A stretch of 64,000 nucleotides of DNA from Octopus vulgaris (lineage: Eukaryota): NCBI GenBank assembly GCA_951406725.2, contig OX597835.1:23312001-23376000 (forward strand). The letters are read 5' to 3'. The notes beneath the pieces were generated by a model. The model was not told where the DNA came from. It saw only the letters and a program-made list of their open reading frames with translations, and did no database searches. Every line of letters starts with the position of its first letter. Position 1 is the first letter of the stretch. This document shows positions 48,422 through 61,261 of the stretch, piece by piece. The translations under genes were made by a program, and so were the position numbers.

Positions 48422-48566
48422 TATTAGGTTGTCCCAAAAGTTCGTAAACACTTGCGAAAATTGAATTTTTACTCGCCAAGTACTAACAAAAACAACAAAA
48501 ATTATTCCTCAAAATAAAGATCATTATTTTCCAAGACTTTCTACGAACTTTTGGGACAACCTTATA
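48422..48566. mobile_element. Mariner-type MITE
   Basis: TIR taggttgtcccaaaagttcgta / tacgaacttttgggacaacct, with TA ends. Confidence 0.75.
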
Positions 48567-49208
48567 TCATGATAGAAAAGAACTTCATTATCCTTTACCT
48601 GTGTGAGACATCAATCCATCTGAAATTCAATTCGGGAATAAAGTTGGATTTTTTTTTTCCCCCAGGATTAAAAGTTTTCGTGGTATCTATGCGATTTCTC
48701 CCCTTAAAGTTATCTCCCTTCAAAAAATGTAACAAATTCACTTCCTGGTTCGACGTTGCAGATGGTCGTACTGCTAGAAACAGCAGCTACATCAGCAATC
48801 GTTAAATAATACGCTCACCACAGTTGTACCCTTTTGTTTTTTTAGCATTGTGAGTATTGCAGATGAAACTACAGCAATTCGCATTGAAAGTTATTAAAAT
48901 CCTGTTGTTAATCATACATTTGGAAATTTTATTTTGGACGTCCTGTTAATTTTCACTACCACCGCAATCCACTTGTCTCTCCCCCCCCTCTCTCTCTCTA
49001 ATTTGTTTCAGTCATTTGACTGCGGCCATACTAGAGCACCGCCTTTAATCGAATCGAACAAATTGACCCCAGAACTTATTCTTTGTAAGCCTGCCTAGTA
49101 CTTATTCTATCGTTCTGTTTTGCAGAACCGCTAAGTTACGGGGACGTAAACACAACAGCATCGTTTGTCAAGCGATGGGGGGGGGACAAATACAACAACA
49201 CACACACA

Positions 49209-49254
<46 letters not shown>

Positions 49255-49415
49255 GGTGCCCCAGCATGGCCACAGCTTGTGAGCTGAAACTAGATAAAAA
49301 AATATATATATACATATATACATACATACATATATATATATACATATACATATATACATGAGTATTATCTGGTAATTGATATTTGATTTAGATGTATTTC
49401 TCCATTTTCTTATCT

Positions 49416-49465
<50 letters not shown>

Positions 49466-49554
49466 CAATAAAAAGGGTTGAATTAATTAAGGTAGTGCTG
49501 CCCTGGGTCAAGAGGGTGGCTGCTGGAAGATCCTATGTCTGGCAACAACATAAC

Positions 49555-50540
49555 TGTTTGCACACAGGCATCAAACAATTTGCCTTTCACTCTGAGAAGC
49601 CCTTTGTTGCCAGTAGGAGTATGAGTTCTCTGAACTTTGCCCATCCTAATCTTATTCTCACAGCTATGCTCTCGGAGCATCCACCTCCACTACTAACTTG
49701 ATCACCTATCTAACAGAAGCTGTCTACCACCTCCAGCTTTACCCACTGGCAGTTGATGGAGTCTATTTTCTGTACATTTTCAGTATTTATTGTACCTGTG
49801 AATCTTCCACATACAAAAGCTAGTTTCCATGTTAACCTTCATCTGATATTGCAGCACCTTTTGTGTCCAAAGCTTACACTGGGTGTATCTTATGAAGTTT
49901 CTACCTACACCTTTTCTACAGATTGAGCAGAGCCATCTACCTGAAGGGATTTGTGATTTGTCTGCCTTCCTACTTACTAAGAATTTGGTTTTTGCTAGGT
50001 TAACTCTAAGGTCCTTCCATACCTAGAACTTCTCTAGTTCAGTTACTGATTCAGCTATAAGAGAGCAAGGTCATCAGCATAGAGGGGCCTGTCTTGAATC
50101 CTTCTGTTATTGCCTGGAGGACTATGATGAACAAGAGGGGGCTGACCACTGATCCTTCAAGAACCCCTACTTGTACCCTGAATTCTTTACTGTACTCAAT
50201 GCCAACCCTCACCTTACAGGTAGCATCTCTATACATAGCTTGTACAGCTCTCATCAACCATGCGTCTATCCCTAGTCTCCACACTGACCACCAGATAAGG
50301 GATCAGGAGACCCTGTCAAAGGCTTTCTCCAAGTCAACAAAGGCCAAGTACAGAGGTTTACTTTTGGTTATGTAATTCTCCTGCAGCTGCCTCACCAGAA
50401 ATATGGCATCAGGGAGAAGCACCACTGATGCTATATTTCTGGTGAGGCAGCTGCAGGAGAAATACATAGCCAAAGATAAACCTCTGTACTTGGTCTTTGT
50501 TGACTAGGAGAAAGCCTTTGACAGAGTCCTCTGATGCCTC
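49555..50540 (-). mobile_element. RTE LINE RT fragment with a terminal fold-back inversion (about 50310-50411 vs 50424-50530)
   Basis: RT motifs on the minus strand. ctcctgcagctgcctcaccagaaatat is inverted as atatttctggtgaggcagctgcaggag. Confidence 0.8.
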
Positions 50541-52619
50541 TGGAGGTCAATGCGGAAATCATCATCATCATCGTTTAACATCCATTTTCTATGCTAGCAT
50601 GGGTTGGACGGTTTTGACTGAGGGCTGGCTGCACCAGGCTCCAATCTGATCTGGCAGAGTTTCTACAGCTGGATGCCCTTCCTAACGCCAACCAAGCCGA
50701 GAGTGTAGTGGATGCTTTTTACATGCTACCTGCATGGGGGCCAGTCAGGTGGTACTGGCAATGACCTCGCTTGAATCTTTTACACGTGCCACCGACACAG
50801 GTGCCAGTGAAGCGACGTTCGTAACGATCACGCTCGAAATGGTGCCCTTTTACATGCCATGGGTATGGAAGCCAGTTGGCTGCTCTGGCAACGAACACAA
50901 TGATCACGCTTGGATGGTGTTCTTGGCACCCTACTAGCACAGGCATAAGTGCCAGTAAGGCAACGCTGGTAACAATCATACTCGAATAGCCGCTCTGTCA
51001 ACGATCACACTCGTATGGTGCTCTTTGCACCCCGCTAGCACGGATGCCAGTCATCGAAATGGTTTTTCAATATTTAAAATTTTTAAATCATATTTATTTA
51101 TGGTATATGAATTTCTTGAAATTGTTTGTTATGGTCATGTGATGTGTATGGCCAAGGATGGCTGTGTAAAGAAGTGCCAATCTCAAAATGTGGATGGAAC
51201 CTTTGGCAGAAGTAGACCCAAGAAGACATGGGATGAGGTGGCGAAGCATGATCTTCAAACTTTGAGCTTCACAGAGGCAATGACAAGTAACCAAAAACCT
51301 TTGGTGGTATGTTGTGTCTGAGAAAACCCATCAAACCAAGTGAAATCATAGTCATGGCTGATGATGGCATCACATAACTGGCACCTGCACTGGTGGCACG
51401 TAAAGAGCAATTTTCAAGCAGTGAGCCTCATGGAGGCAAAGTGGCTGAATTCCTTTTGAGTGTTGGGTTTCACGGAGGCAATGACTGATATCTTTGGCAT
51501 TATGTTGTGCTTGAGAAGACCCACCAAGCTGAGCAAAATCAGTCACGATGGATACTGAATAATGGTGCCCATGCTGGTGGTATGTAAAAGCACCCGTTAC
51601 ACTCAGAGTGGTTGGCATTAGTTAGGGCATCCAGCCGTAGAAAACCATGCCAAATGAGACTGGAGTCCGGTGCAGTCTTCCAGCTTACCAGCCCTAATCA
51701 AACAGTCCAACCCATGCCAGAATGGACAACAGACATTAAATGATGATGATGGTGATGTTTCTAAATGTTTGATTGTCTTTCAATCATTCTGCCTCACCAG
51801 CTACCCTCTTCCGCCACACCACTTGGGAACCACTGATATAAGGGTTACTGGTTACACTACATTATTTTGTAATAAAAGGGTAACCTGATTACACAATACA
51901 TTATAGTGTAATGTTAAGTTTACTAATCACACTATACAGCTCCTTTCTCTCTAATCATATCAAACCCTATTCAAATTACCTTAAATGATTTTTGCCAAAA
52001 AACAGCCAGTCCTCAGCAATTGCATTTTGGGAGGCTTAGTTTTCTTTTATATTTATTTATTTTTATTATACACTCTCTTTTTCATGGTTGTACATCCAGC
52101 AACGGCAAAGAACAAGGGAATCTTCTACAAGGGGTTACTGAAAAGTTCCTCGCTTTAAGAGTATTACAAAAGGCCTAGTTGGAGGCCCAACTTTCCAAGT
52201 TCTTTTACAGGGCTTAGAAAAACCGAAGGACCGCTGCAATAAGTGTGTGAATCTGAGAAGGGGATATGTTGCATAAAATCATAATTAGCTGATCCTCCTG
52301 CGTTTTCTTTTACCCAAAGCCAGGAATTTTTCAACAACCCCTCCTATATGATTGCTTGATCAGTTCAAAATAACAGCCAAATCTCCTTTAAGTAATGATT
52401 TTTTGTCTTATAAAAAATGGAAGGACATATCATATAATGCAGTCTTGGGTAAAATATGAAGGAATGGTCGTTTGAAATACCTGAATTCAGACAGACCTGG
52501 GGTTAACATGGTAACTGCCATGGTCTGTTACGAGAACTTATCTATGATGCCACATATTTTCAGTCACTGCTTAATTACAAGGAAATATAATTTTTTTGCA
52601 CTTTCATGTGGATATTTTC

Positions 52620-53228
52620 ACTGCATGGCATCTTGGGCAAGTGTCTTCTACTATACCCTTGGGCTGACCAAAGCCTTGTGAGTGGATTTGGTAGACGGAA
52701 ACTGAAAGAAGCCCGTTGTATATATGTATATATATATACGTTTGCGTGTCTGTGTTTGTGCCCCTAGCATTGCTTGACAACTGATGCTGGTGTTTATGTC
52801 CCCATCACTTAGCAGTTCAGCAAAAGAGACGAATAGAATAAGTACTAGGCTTACAAAGAATAAGTCCCAGGATTGATTTGCTCGACTAAAGTGGTCAGTG
52901 TGGAAACTAGGGATAGATGCATGGTTGATGAGAGCTGTACAAGCTATGTATAGGGATGCTACCAGTAAGGTGAGGGTAAGCAATGAGTACAGCAAAGAAT
53001 TCAGGGTACACGAAGGGGTTCATCAAGGATTAGTGCTCAGCCCCCTCTTGTTCATCATAGTCCTCCAGGCAATAACAGAAGGATCCAAGACAGGCCCCTC
53101 TATGCTGATGACCTTGCTCTTATAGCTGAATCAGTAAATGAACTAGAGAAGTTCTAGGTATGGAAGGACTCTAGAGTTAACCTGGTGAAAACCAGCATGG
53201 CGAGTCAAATGACTGAAACAAGTAAAAG
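52620..53228 (+). mobile_element. SINE interrupted by an RTE RT fragment (about 52891-53195)
   Basis: The SINE sequence breaks after ctcgactaaag and resumes at ccagcatgg. Confidence 0.75.
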
Positions 53229-53670
53229 AGTAAAGAGTAAAAGAGAGATACCCCACTGAGACAGTGCTCTGCATAGTTACAGGCTGCCTCTTGGCTAGGC
53301 ATAGTACCCATTTAGCCACCTTGCCAGGGATATGGCAAAGTCATGAGACTGCAGCCTGGTAGATTGTGAAGAAGTAGAAGAGCTCAAATGAGCCATTGAT
53401 GCTTCCTACATAAATGCTGAGCAGAGGAATCCTAGATCAAAGTCAGGATCAACAGGCTCTATCAAGAGAATAACTGAAATGCAGCTGTAGGTGTGGTGTC
53501 CATGGTTGTGTAATTAGCTAATGAAGAAACTCCCAATTCAAATTAATAATAATGCAATCGGTGGCAGAGAATCATGGGAATCCATAAAAGCAACAAAAAG
53601 TTTTAAAAAAGACAATATTTACTCTTTTACTTGTTTCAGTCATTTGACTGCGGCCATGCTGGAGCACCGC

Positions 53671-54615
53671 TTCAGTGCTTGGGCCCTTATTGTTCTTAGT
53701 CTTCATAAATGACTTGCCCGACGACCTCACGCAACACACCCTTCTATTTGCCGACGATATCAAACTGGTCGCTCCTCGCGATGATATAGAGGATCTTCGT
53801 CGATGCCTCCACCAAATTTGGAAGTGGTCTAACGAATGGGACCTGTGTCTGAACGTGTCAAAGTGCTGTCATCTGCCTGTTGGCTCTCCTCCTGCAACTC
53901 AACTTGATTTCGAGCCGGGTCGTCTGCTGCTGGAGAGGACCGATCAGGTAAAGGACCTGGGTATCTTGGTGGATTCCTCCTTTTCGCCTTCGGCCCAGTG
54001 CGTCCATGCTGCCAACAAAGCACGCGGAATTCTGTTCTTGATTCGACGGTCATTCGGAATGCTCACAGCAGCCATATTCCTACCACTCTATGTCACGCTG
54101 GTGAGACCCATATTGGAGTACGGGATTCAAGCCTCTTCTCCTTATCTCCTCAAAGACATACAGCATCTCGAAAGAGTCCAGAAGCTGGCTACCCGCATGG
54201 TTCATGGTCTCAAAAATTTGTCCTATGAAGAAAGGCTGAGGACACTCGACCTTTATTCTCTTGAAAAACGCCGCCGCCGTGGTGATCTCATTCTCACCCA
54301 CAACATCATAAGCGGAAAGTGTAACCTCTCGAAAGAGCTGCTCTTCACTCCTGCTCCGGGATCATTCCGAAAAGCTCTACCTGCGACGATTTCATCTCAA
54401 TCGAAGGAGAGGAGCTTTCTCCGTCCGAGTTGCGGATCCGTGGAACAAGCTGCCAGACGAGATGGTGAAGATGCCGACGACCGCTTTGTTCAAAGCCTCC
54501 CTTGACCTCAAGTGGCCTGAACTCTTTACATGAACACCACCCTGTACTTAACTCCATGTCCCCCTACATGGCCTTGCTATTTGCTTTTGAGCCAAATTAA
54601 CTAACTAACTAACTA
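53671..54615 (+). mobile_element. 5'-truncated CR1/L2-type LINE with (TAAC)n tail, nested in a SINE (53620-54946, minus)
   Basis: SVLGPLLF..FINDL, LFADD and VRPILEY motifs. accgc is duplicated at both junctions. Confidence 0.88.
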
Positions 54616-55721
54616 ACCGCCTTTAATCGAGCAAATCGACCCCAGGACTTATTCTTTTGTAAGCCCAGTACTTATTCTATCGGTCTTTTTTGCCAAACCG
54701 CTAAGTTACGGGGACATAAACACACCCGCATCAGTTGTCAAGCAATGCTAGGAGGATAAACACAGACACACACACGCATATATATATATATATACACATA
54801 TACACGACGGGCTTCTTTCAGTTTCCGTCTACCAAATCCACTCACAAGGCTTTGGTCGGCCCGAGGCTATAGTAGAAGACACTTGCCCAAGGTGCCACGC
54901 AGTGGGACTGAACCCGGAACCATGTGGTTGGTAAACAAGCTACTTAGCTCACTTAAATTTTAATATTTAGCACTCAACTTATTTAAATATCCTTGAAACC
55001 AATTCAAAGGTATAGAATAAAATATTTTCACAAATTATGAAAATATACCACCTGTGGTGCACACAGCAGTCGTATGAAGTTTGCAACATGGTGCAGGTGG
55101 CAGTTACTGTGTCAAAGAATAAAAACATACTCCGATCAATAAACCATCTCAGTGCATGGAAAATAAAAACTTACAATTAAAAGAAAATCAGAAATAAAAC
55201 ATTTATTTACAAAAGAGAAAAACAGTTCATGTTTTAAGTTGACAGATTAAGAATTTAAGTTTTATGTACATATATATATATACATATATAAAGTATATAC
55301 ACGCATTCTATTTTAAGGTTATTTTTATTTTAACCATTTTTTTTTTCAAGCTAATAAAGTCTTGTATCGGTACTTATGTAGACAAATAATTATGTATATA
55401 TGAGCATTACCTCTACAACCAATGTATGAATATATATCATCATCATCGTTTAACGTCCGCTTTCCATGCTGGCATGGGTTGGACGGTTTGACTGAGGACT
55501 GATGAGCCAGAGGCTGCACCAGGCTCAATGTGATCTGACAAATTTTCTACAGCTGGATGCTCTTCCTAATGCCAACCACTCCAAGCATGTAGTGGGTGCT
55601 TTTACATGCCACCATCACAAGGGCCAGTCAGGCAGTTCTGGCAACAACCACGCTCAAAAGGTGTTTTTACGTGTTACCTGCACGGGAGCCAGTCCGCCAG
55701 CACTGGCAACAATCACGCTCA

Positions 55722-56170
55722 TCTTCCCACAGGCTTCAGACATGGAGGAGGTAGTGCTACCCTGGGTCAAGAGGGTGGCTGTGGGAAGACCCTATGTCTG
55801 GCAAGAGGACTCTACCCAATGCCACACAAGCAGGAGAACCCAGTCATGACTACATCACCCCTAACTACCCAGACTGCAAACCCTTCAATTATGTGTGGGG
55901 CACAGTTAAGCGACAGCCAACAAAACTCCTTCTAACACCAAAGATGAACTGAAGGCAAGGATTATGGCAGCATTCACCAACAAGGAGACCATCCAAAAGA
56001 GTTGCAGGAAACTCCGAAATCGTCTAGAGGTCATGGTTGAAGACAGTGGCGATTTTATCGAAATTTACTCTTTAGTATTTTAAGATATTTTTATGTAATT
56101 TTCGTAAGTATATGTTAAAATAAGATGTTAGGGTTATTTTCATTTTTGCATAATTTACATGACAGTTTAT
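55722..56170 (+). mobile_element. Tc1/mariner transposase remnant
   Basis: VVLPWVKRVA.GRPYVWQ.D fragment. Second fragment at about 49465-49548. Confidence 0.55.
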
Positions 56171-56558
56171 TCACTGCATCCTATATACACATCATACATA
56201 TATACATTATACACACACAACTATATACATGTAAACATATGCACACATAAATACATACACATATTTACATAAATACATGTGTATGTATACGTTTGTTCAT
56301 TTGTTTAATGTATGCACGTGTGTGTATATATATATATATATATGTATATGCACACACCTATATATACAGTCTGTTTCAATAGCAAATTTTATATATACAT
56401 AGCTCTAACAGTGAATCATACACACATATTATATAAGTTTACCACACACCACACTACAAGTATATCACATACACACACAAGCAAAAATTTAAATGGGGAT
56501 TAATACAACCAATTCCATTACTCTATAATTGCTATTCAGAGTTCTATATCTCAGTCTA

Positions 56559-59500
56559 TCAGCTTCGACGTGTCTGGCCTGCAACAGCAGTAGCAGGCTC
56601 TTCCATCTTAATGTCATTTTCATCTTCGTCTTCACATTTCGAGGCTGCTAGTCTTGCTGATTTAGTTCTATGTCGGCCGGGTGTAATGTTCCAAACCTTG
56701 TTTGCCTCAGGGATCCTTAAAGGAGAACTGAGGTGGATGACATTCTCAGCATTGTCTTGCAGTGAATTTAAGCTTGTCGACTGAAAAGATGTATTCCTTA
56801 AACTGTTTGGGGAGTTGTGCCGAATGGGGGAAGGTGGCGTCAGACTAATGTTTTGGTCGGAGTGAAATGTGACATTTTTAGACCTGCTGGCAACAAATGG
56901 AGTACTGATAGCACGGTTCATATAATTCTGTTCATCCGAACTGTTTATGACATCCTGTTTTGATTTTGAAGAATTGTTTGTAGAGCTGTCAGAACTCATT
57001 CTAAGAGACTGCCTCTTTTCTCCATTAATTTGCTGAAGTCTTTCAATTGATTTTTTCGCAGAATTCAAAATTGCTTTCTTAGATAAGGAAAGGGTTTCTA
57101 AATTTCTGCCCGGCTTTACAGCAGAAACAGGAACTTGGTTTGAGTTACGATTGTTATTCACATCATCAAATTCTTGCTCAGGAGAAGGAGATTTTTGAGC
57201 GATTTCTTGTTGTTCTTCATTTTCTTTTTGTTGCTGCTGCTGCTGCTGTTGTTGTTCTTCAAACTTACGTAAATCAAATTCGATTTCATCAGCAAGTTGC
57301 TTGTCCGTACCAAGAATCTGTTGAATTTCACTTTTGAAATCTTTAATGAGTTCTCGGAGATACAACATCAGCTCTTTTAACACTGGAGACCGTTTAGTTT
57401 CTAAGACAAGTTTTAGTGACGTAACAATCGGAACTATATTTTCTATCAAATTTTTCTTCATCACTTTTGAAATAAGATTTTTGTTCATTTTTGCAATAAC
57501 AGCAGCAGCCATTTCCTCTTCGTCCATGTTACCTTCATTTTGTTTGTTGACAATTAAAGATATTTTGATTTCTTTACTACCAAGGATGGTTAAAGAATCC
57601 TGCAACACTGTAGTTCCGTCTTCATCAAGTTCAATGATTCCATCAACAACTCCTGCCAGGATTTCCTGATTCAGTTTTCCAGATAAGTTGATTTTATGCT
57701 CATCAGTCATGTGTTGAAGCATAAAAGTGTAAAGACGCCACCGTAGATCAAATTTGGATCTTCCACGTAGATCAAGGCTGTTTTTGTTGTTTTGATCTTG
57801 GGTAAATCTGTTATACATCGGATGTTTCTGGTAACGATTGAAGTAAAAGATGCATTCAATAAAATGATAGAACATGATGTTTGGATTACGAACCAACAGA
57901 CAATGAACAAAGCAAAACTCGGAGAACTTTTGCAGTTCTATTTGTTCATCTAAGTAAGTTGTGATGAAACGATAGAACAGTGGACCTTTCCATTTCAGAT
58001 AATCTTCCTGGATGAGCATGGTGAGTAACGTCATGGTTTGTTTCCTGATCAAAGGAGAAACGTCATTGAGACATGTTGCTACCTTGGGAATATACTGATC
58101 GACAAGGGTAGTGTATCGTATACACAGGTCACACAAAATAAAGACCACATTGTTGCGGATGGCTTCTTCTGATGATGTTTCCAATTCTCGTACAAGTGCT
58201 GCAACACACTTTTTTGCAAGATCTTCATTCTGAAGACAGAATTTTCCGAGTGTAATGAATGCATGCCCTCTCACACGACTGCTTAACTTGGAACCGGCAA
58301 AATGAAGCAAAGTTTCATGATTTTTACCTGACTTTGTTTTAGATAAATTATCAAGACCATTTGTTTGGGAGGCGACTGATCCTTGGGAACATTTCAATAC
58401 AAAATCCGAAATGCAAGGAGAAGCAATGATGCTCTGTACTACTAACAAAATATGTTTGATGGGATATGCTGGATGAAGTTGACAAACTTCTCCAAGAGTA
58501 AACAAATGACAAATAACTTTTTCTTCGTCAACAGCAGTATTTTCTTTTTCAGACAAAATTAATTTGGATAAATATTTATCAGAAGCTTTCAGAATGTCCT
58601 GGCATAACGTTTTCAACTTGTTTTTCTCAAATTTATTGTCTTCAGTTAGTTTCTTAATGGTTGCCATAGTCATAGAAATTAAGTCGATAGGAGAACCGAA
58701 TTGCAACAAACGCTTGCTGAGGTCAGCTACAAGTTTTTGCTTCTCTTCAAAAGGCACTGATTCAGCCACATTCAATAAAACTTTCAAAACATATTTACAA
58801 GTTGATGTACTCTCATTGCCACTATCTAATGAACAATTTTCATTCCAAAACTGAACTACAAAAGAGCAATCAAATTTTACTTTTGCAGTTGAAAGTTCTG
58901 AGAGCATCATCCAAGCTGCATTGTTATGTTCAGTACCTACGTGAGTTTTAAGCACATTGATGTGAAACACTTTGATCAGTTTCAACCTTGCCCACTGGCT
59001 AACAGCTCGTTGGAAATATCGCCGAAGGCTTTCTTCCTCTTCTCCGGCCATTATTTGTAATAAACTCCATGTCAACTGGTACTGACTTGATAGAGACCTA
59101 TTATATGTACACAGATTCTGAAGGAGGACTTCTTCGAGGCACTTCATGCATTTTTCTTGTAAAGTAGTTTCACAATCCAAAATTAAAGGTAAAACTCCAT
59201 TAAGCCAAGCTTTCTGAATTAAATAGCATGTTGGTAAATCAAATAGAAGGGAGCTGAGCGACTGCATAGCTTGCTTCCGAACAGACAAAGATGGGTCTCG
59301 GCATCTTTCCTCCAAAATATTTACACCCATTTGGCAGTCGTTCTGCAGCAACCGTACAAGACTTTCAAAAGCCTGAAGAGCTGATTTCCTCACAAAAACT
59401 TTTTCATCTGATGATCTCCTTTTAAGCATTGAAAGAACACCATAATTATCAGAAAGATTATTATCAACAGGACTAAAATCCAAGTTGACAAACGGTGTCT

Positions 59501-61088
59501 GTCCAGTGAAGACAATACCTTGATTAGGAGTTTTATTATTTTCAGAGTCTGAAATTGGAGTCACATTGTCAATTTCTAAATTTGGAAGACTTTCTAAATT
59601 TGAAGGCTTGCTGTCATATTCTTCATTTTGTGGCGTAAACAAACTTTGGCACGCATTTACAACTTTTTGATTCCTCGACCCTACACACTGGGAAAAGATT
59701 ACAATTGCTCTTGAACGGACTGATGAAGAATTGTCGGAACAGCGGTCAACAACGTAACCGATATAATGCTTATGTTTTAAATATTCTTGTAGATCGGCAG
59801 GAACATCCACTGACTCTATCTCAGTTTTCGAAAGCAACAACGAAAAAATTTCAAGAGCCATCATTCGGTTGTTAGTTTTCGAAGTACTTATCAACACACC
59901 AACCCATTTTATCATTTCGGCATAACTGGTTTTGTCAAAAGCATCCATTATAGTCAAAATAGATTCTGCCACTTTGCTTCTATAATCTGTTTTGTCTGGA
60001 GTTTTAATACATAAATGTTGAATTAAAGTCCTAGCAGACTTCATTGCTGAATCTTTGTGCTGATGAAGAATGTCACATATAAATGAAATAGAATTCAGTC
60101 GGCATTGAGCGTAAGCAACAGGAATTGTTTGGGAGAAAACCACTTTGTTATTGAGGCCAAGCATTAATATGCTGCTCATTAGTTGTTTGTAAACAACGTT
60201 GATGATGGCAGCTGAGTTACCTTGAAAGCCGGAACATAACTGTTTTAAGGCAACATACGCCAACTCGACTGGATACTTGGCGGTGGAAGCAGTAAACGTA
60301 CGGTTAATATGATTGTCCAAACCTGCGTAGGGACGGATGAGTTCGGCCATAACTTGGATGCTTTTGTGAATTGAAGAATCGGATCCACGCAAAGAAAAAT
60401 TCTGAACAAGTTGAATAAAAGCTTTTAGCGCACTAACCAAGGCTTTCTGTAGGATAATGTTATCTTGCGGAGAAAGTTCCTCTCCGTCACTTTCATCGCT
60501 TCCTTCGTCCCCGTCATCGTCATCCATCTCGACCGAAGGATTTCTACCCAATTTACGATTTTTGGCGCGGTTACTCTTCTGAGAATTCTTTTGTGAGAGT
60601 TTACGTTTTCTGTTTGCGCCGGCGCTCGACGTCCACCTCCGCAAAACGTCCAGGCACGAGTTCAATAACATCGGGTTAAAAATTTTAAAAGCGCCACTAC
60701 CAGCAATGGATACGAGTTGAAAATAATTGCAAGAAGCCAACAGACCCGCATGTCTTTTTGTTGCACCCACCTTGGCTTTGGAAGAAGCAGATTCTATCAA
60801 ATACGCCAGATAAGCGATGAAATGTTTATAGGAAACATCACTTTCGACCAGAACAGTCCAAAAACTAACCTCGTTTGTTTCTCTGTTTATCCAGCAATCG
60901 AGCGAAGACTGAAGTTTAAGCAGATCTTCGATGTAGAAGTTGCTCTCTTCTAAATCGATTATCAAATCCTCCGGAACAGTGTCTAATTCAACGAAATCTT
61001 TTTCCCATGCCGACTTTACCCAGCTATCTTCCAGTTGATCAAGAGGCAAATCGTTTAGAATCGCGATAATTTGTTCGATGCCCGCCAT
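56559..61088 (-). CDS. NCAPD3: Condensin-2 complex subunit D3 (HEAT-repeat protein), single-exon ORF, 1509 aa
   Basis: Motifs RC.DPSLSVRKQA, HAFITLGKFCLQNEDLAKKCV, IRNNVV.ILCDLCIRYT.LVD.YIP, EDYLKWKG.LF and HFIECIF.FN.Y.KH, plus a disordered C-tail. First ATG at 61088. Confidence 0.95.
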   Translation of the reverse strand: MAGIEQIIAILNDLPLDQLEDSWVKSAWEKDFVELDTVPEDLIIDLEESNFYIEDLLKLQSSLDCWINRETNEVSFWTVLVESDVSYKHFIAYLAYLIESASSKAKVGATKRHAGLLASCNYFQLVSIAGSGAFKIFNPMLLNSCLDVLRRWTSSAGANRKRKLSQKNSQKSNRAKNRKLGRNPSVEMDDDDGDEGSDESDGEELSPQDNIILQKALVSALKAFIQLVQNFSLRGSDSSIHKSIQVMAELIRPYAGLDNHINRTFTASTAKYPVELAYVALKQLCSGFQGNSAAIINVVYKQLMSSILMLGLNNKVVFSQTIPVAYAQCRLNSISFICDILHQHKDSAMKSARTLIQHLCIKTPDKTDYRSKVAESILTIMDAFDKTSYAEMIKWVGVLISTSKTNNRMMALEIFSLLLSKTEIESVDVPADLQEYLKHKHYIGYVVDRCSDNSSSVRSRAIVIFSQCVGSRNQKVVNACQSLFTPQNEEYDSKPSNLESLPNLEIDNVTPISDSENNKTPNQGIVFTGQTPFVNLDFSPVDNNLSDNYGVLSMLKRRSSDEKVFVRKSALQAFESLVRLLQNDCQMGVNILEERCRDPSLSVRKQAMQSLSSLLFDLPTCYLIQKAWLNGVLPLILDCETTLQEKCMKCLEEVLLQNLCTYNRSLSSQYQLTWSLLQIMAGEEEESLRRYFQRAVSQWARLKLIKVFHINVLKTHVGTEHNNAAWMMLSELSTAKVKFDCSFVVQFWNENCSLDSGNESTSTCKYVLKVLLNVAESVPFEEKQKLVADLSKRLLQFGSPIDLISMTMATIKKLTEDNKFEKNKLKTLCQDILKASDKYLSKLILSEKENTAVDEEKVICHLFTLGEVCQLHPAYPIKHILLVVQSIIASPCISDFVLKCSQGSVASQTNGLDNLSKTKSGKNHETLLHFAGSKLSSRVRGHAFITLGKFCLQNEDLAKKCVAALVRELETSSEEAIRNNVVFILCDLCIRYTTLVDQYIPKVATCLNDVSPLIRKQTMTLLTMLIQEDYLKWKGPLFYRFITTYLDEQIELQKFSEFCFVHCLLVRNPNIMFYHFIECIFYFNRYQKHPMYNRFTQDQNNKNSLDLRGRSKFDLRWRLYTFMLQHMTDEHKINLSGKLNQEILAGVVDGIIELDEDGTTVLQDSLTILGSKEIKISLIVNKQNEGNMDEEEMAAAVIAKMNKNLISKVMKKNLIENIVPIVTSLKLVLETKRSPVLKELMLYLRELIKDFKSEIQQILGTDKQLADEIEFDLRKFEEQQQQQQQQQKENEEQQEIAQKSPSPEQEFDDVNNNRNSNQVPVSAVKPGRNLETLSLSKKAILNSAKKSIERLQQINGEKRQSLRMSSDSSTNNSSKSKQDVINSSDEQNYMNRAISTPFVASRSKNVTFHSDQNISLTPPSPIRHNSPNSLRNTSFQSTSLNSLQDNAENVIHLSSPLRIPEANKVWNITPGRHRTKSARLAASKCEDEDENDIKMEEPATAVAGQTRRS
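57228..57254 (-). repeat. Coding CAA/CAG tract (Q9) in NCAPD3
   Basis: Directly visible. Confidence 0.9.
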
Positions 61089-61261
61089 AGTTTGAATTCT
61101 AGCCTCGTTTTCATATCTCAACCGCTTCCCTTTCCTTTAGATTCGCTCCCCTGTTTCTCATGAGCCGCTTATACCGCTAAATAAAAACTACAGTTCGCTT
61201 TAAGATTGTCTCATAGATGGAAGTGTGAGGGGACAGCGGTTAAATTGCATATTAATTAAAA

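Noticed and set aside
61089-61121. 11 extra N-terminal residues on the NCAPD3 ORF
   Set aside because: The ORF track used a non-ATG start. The first ATG is 61088.
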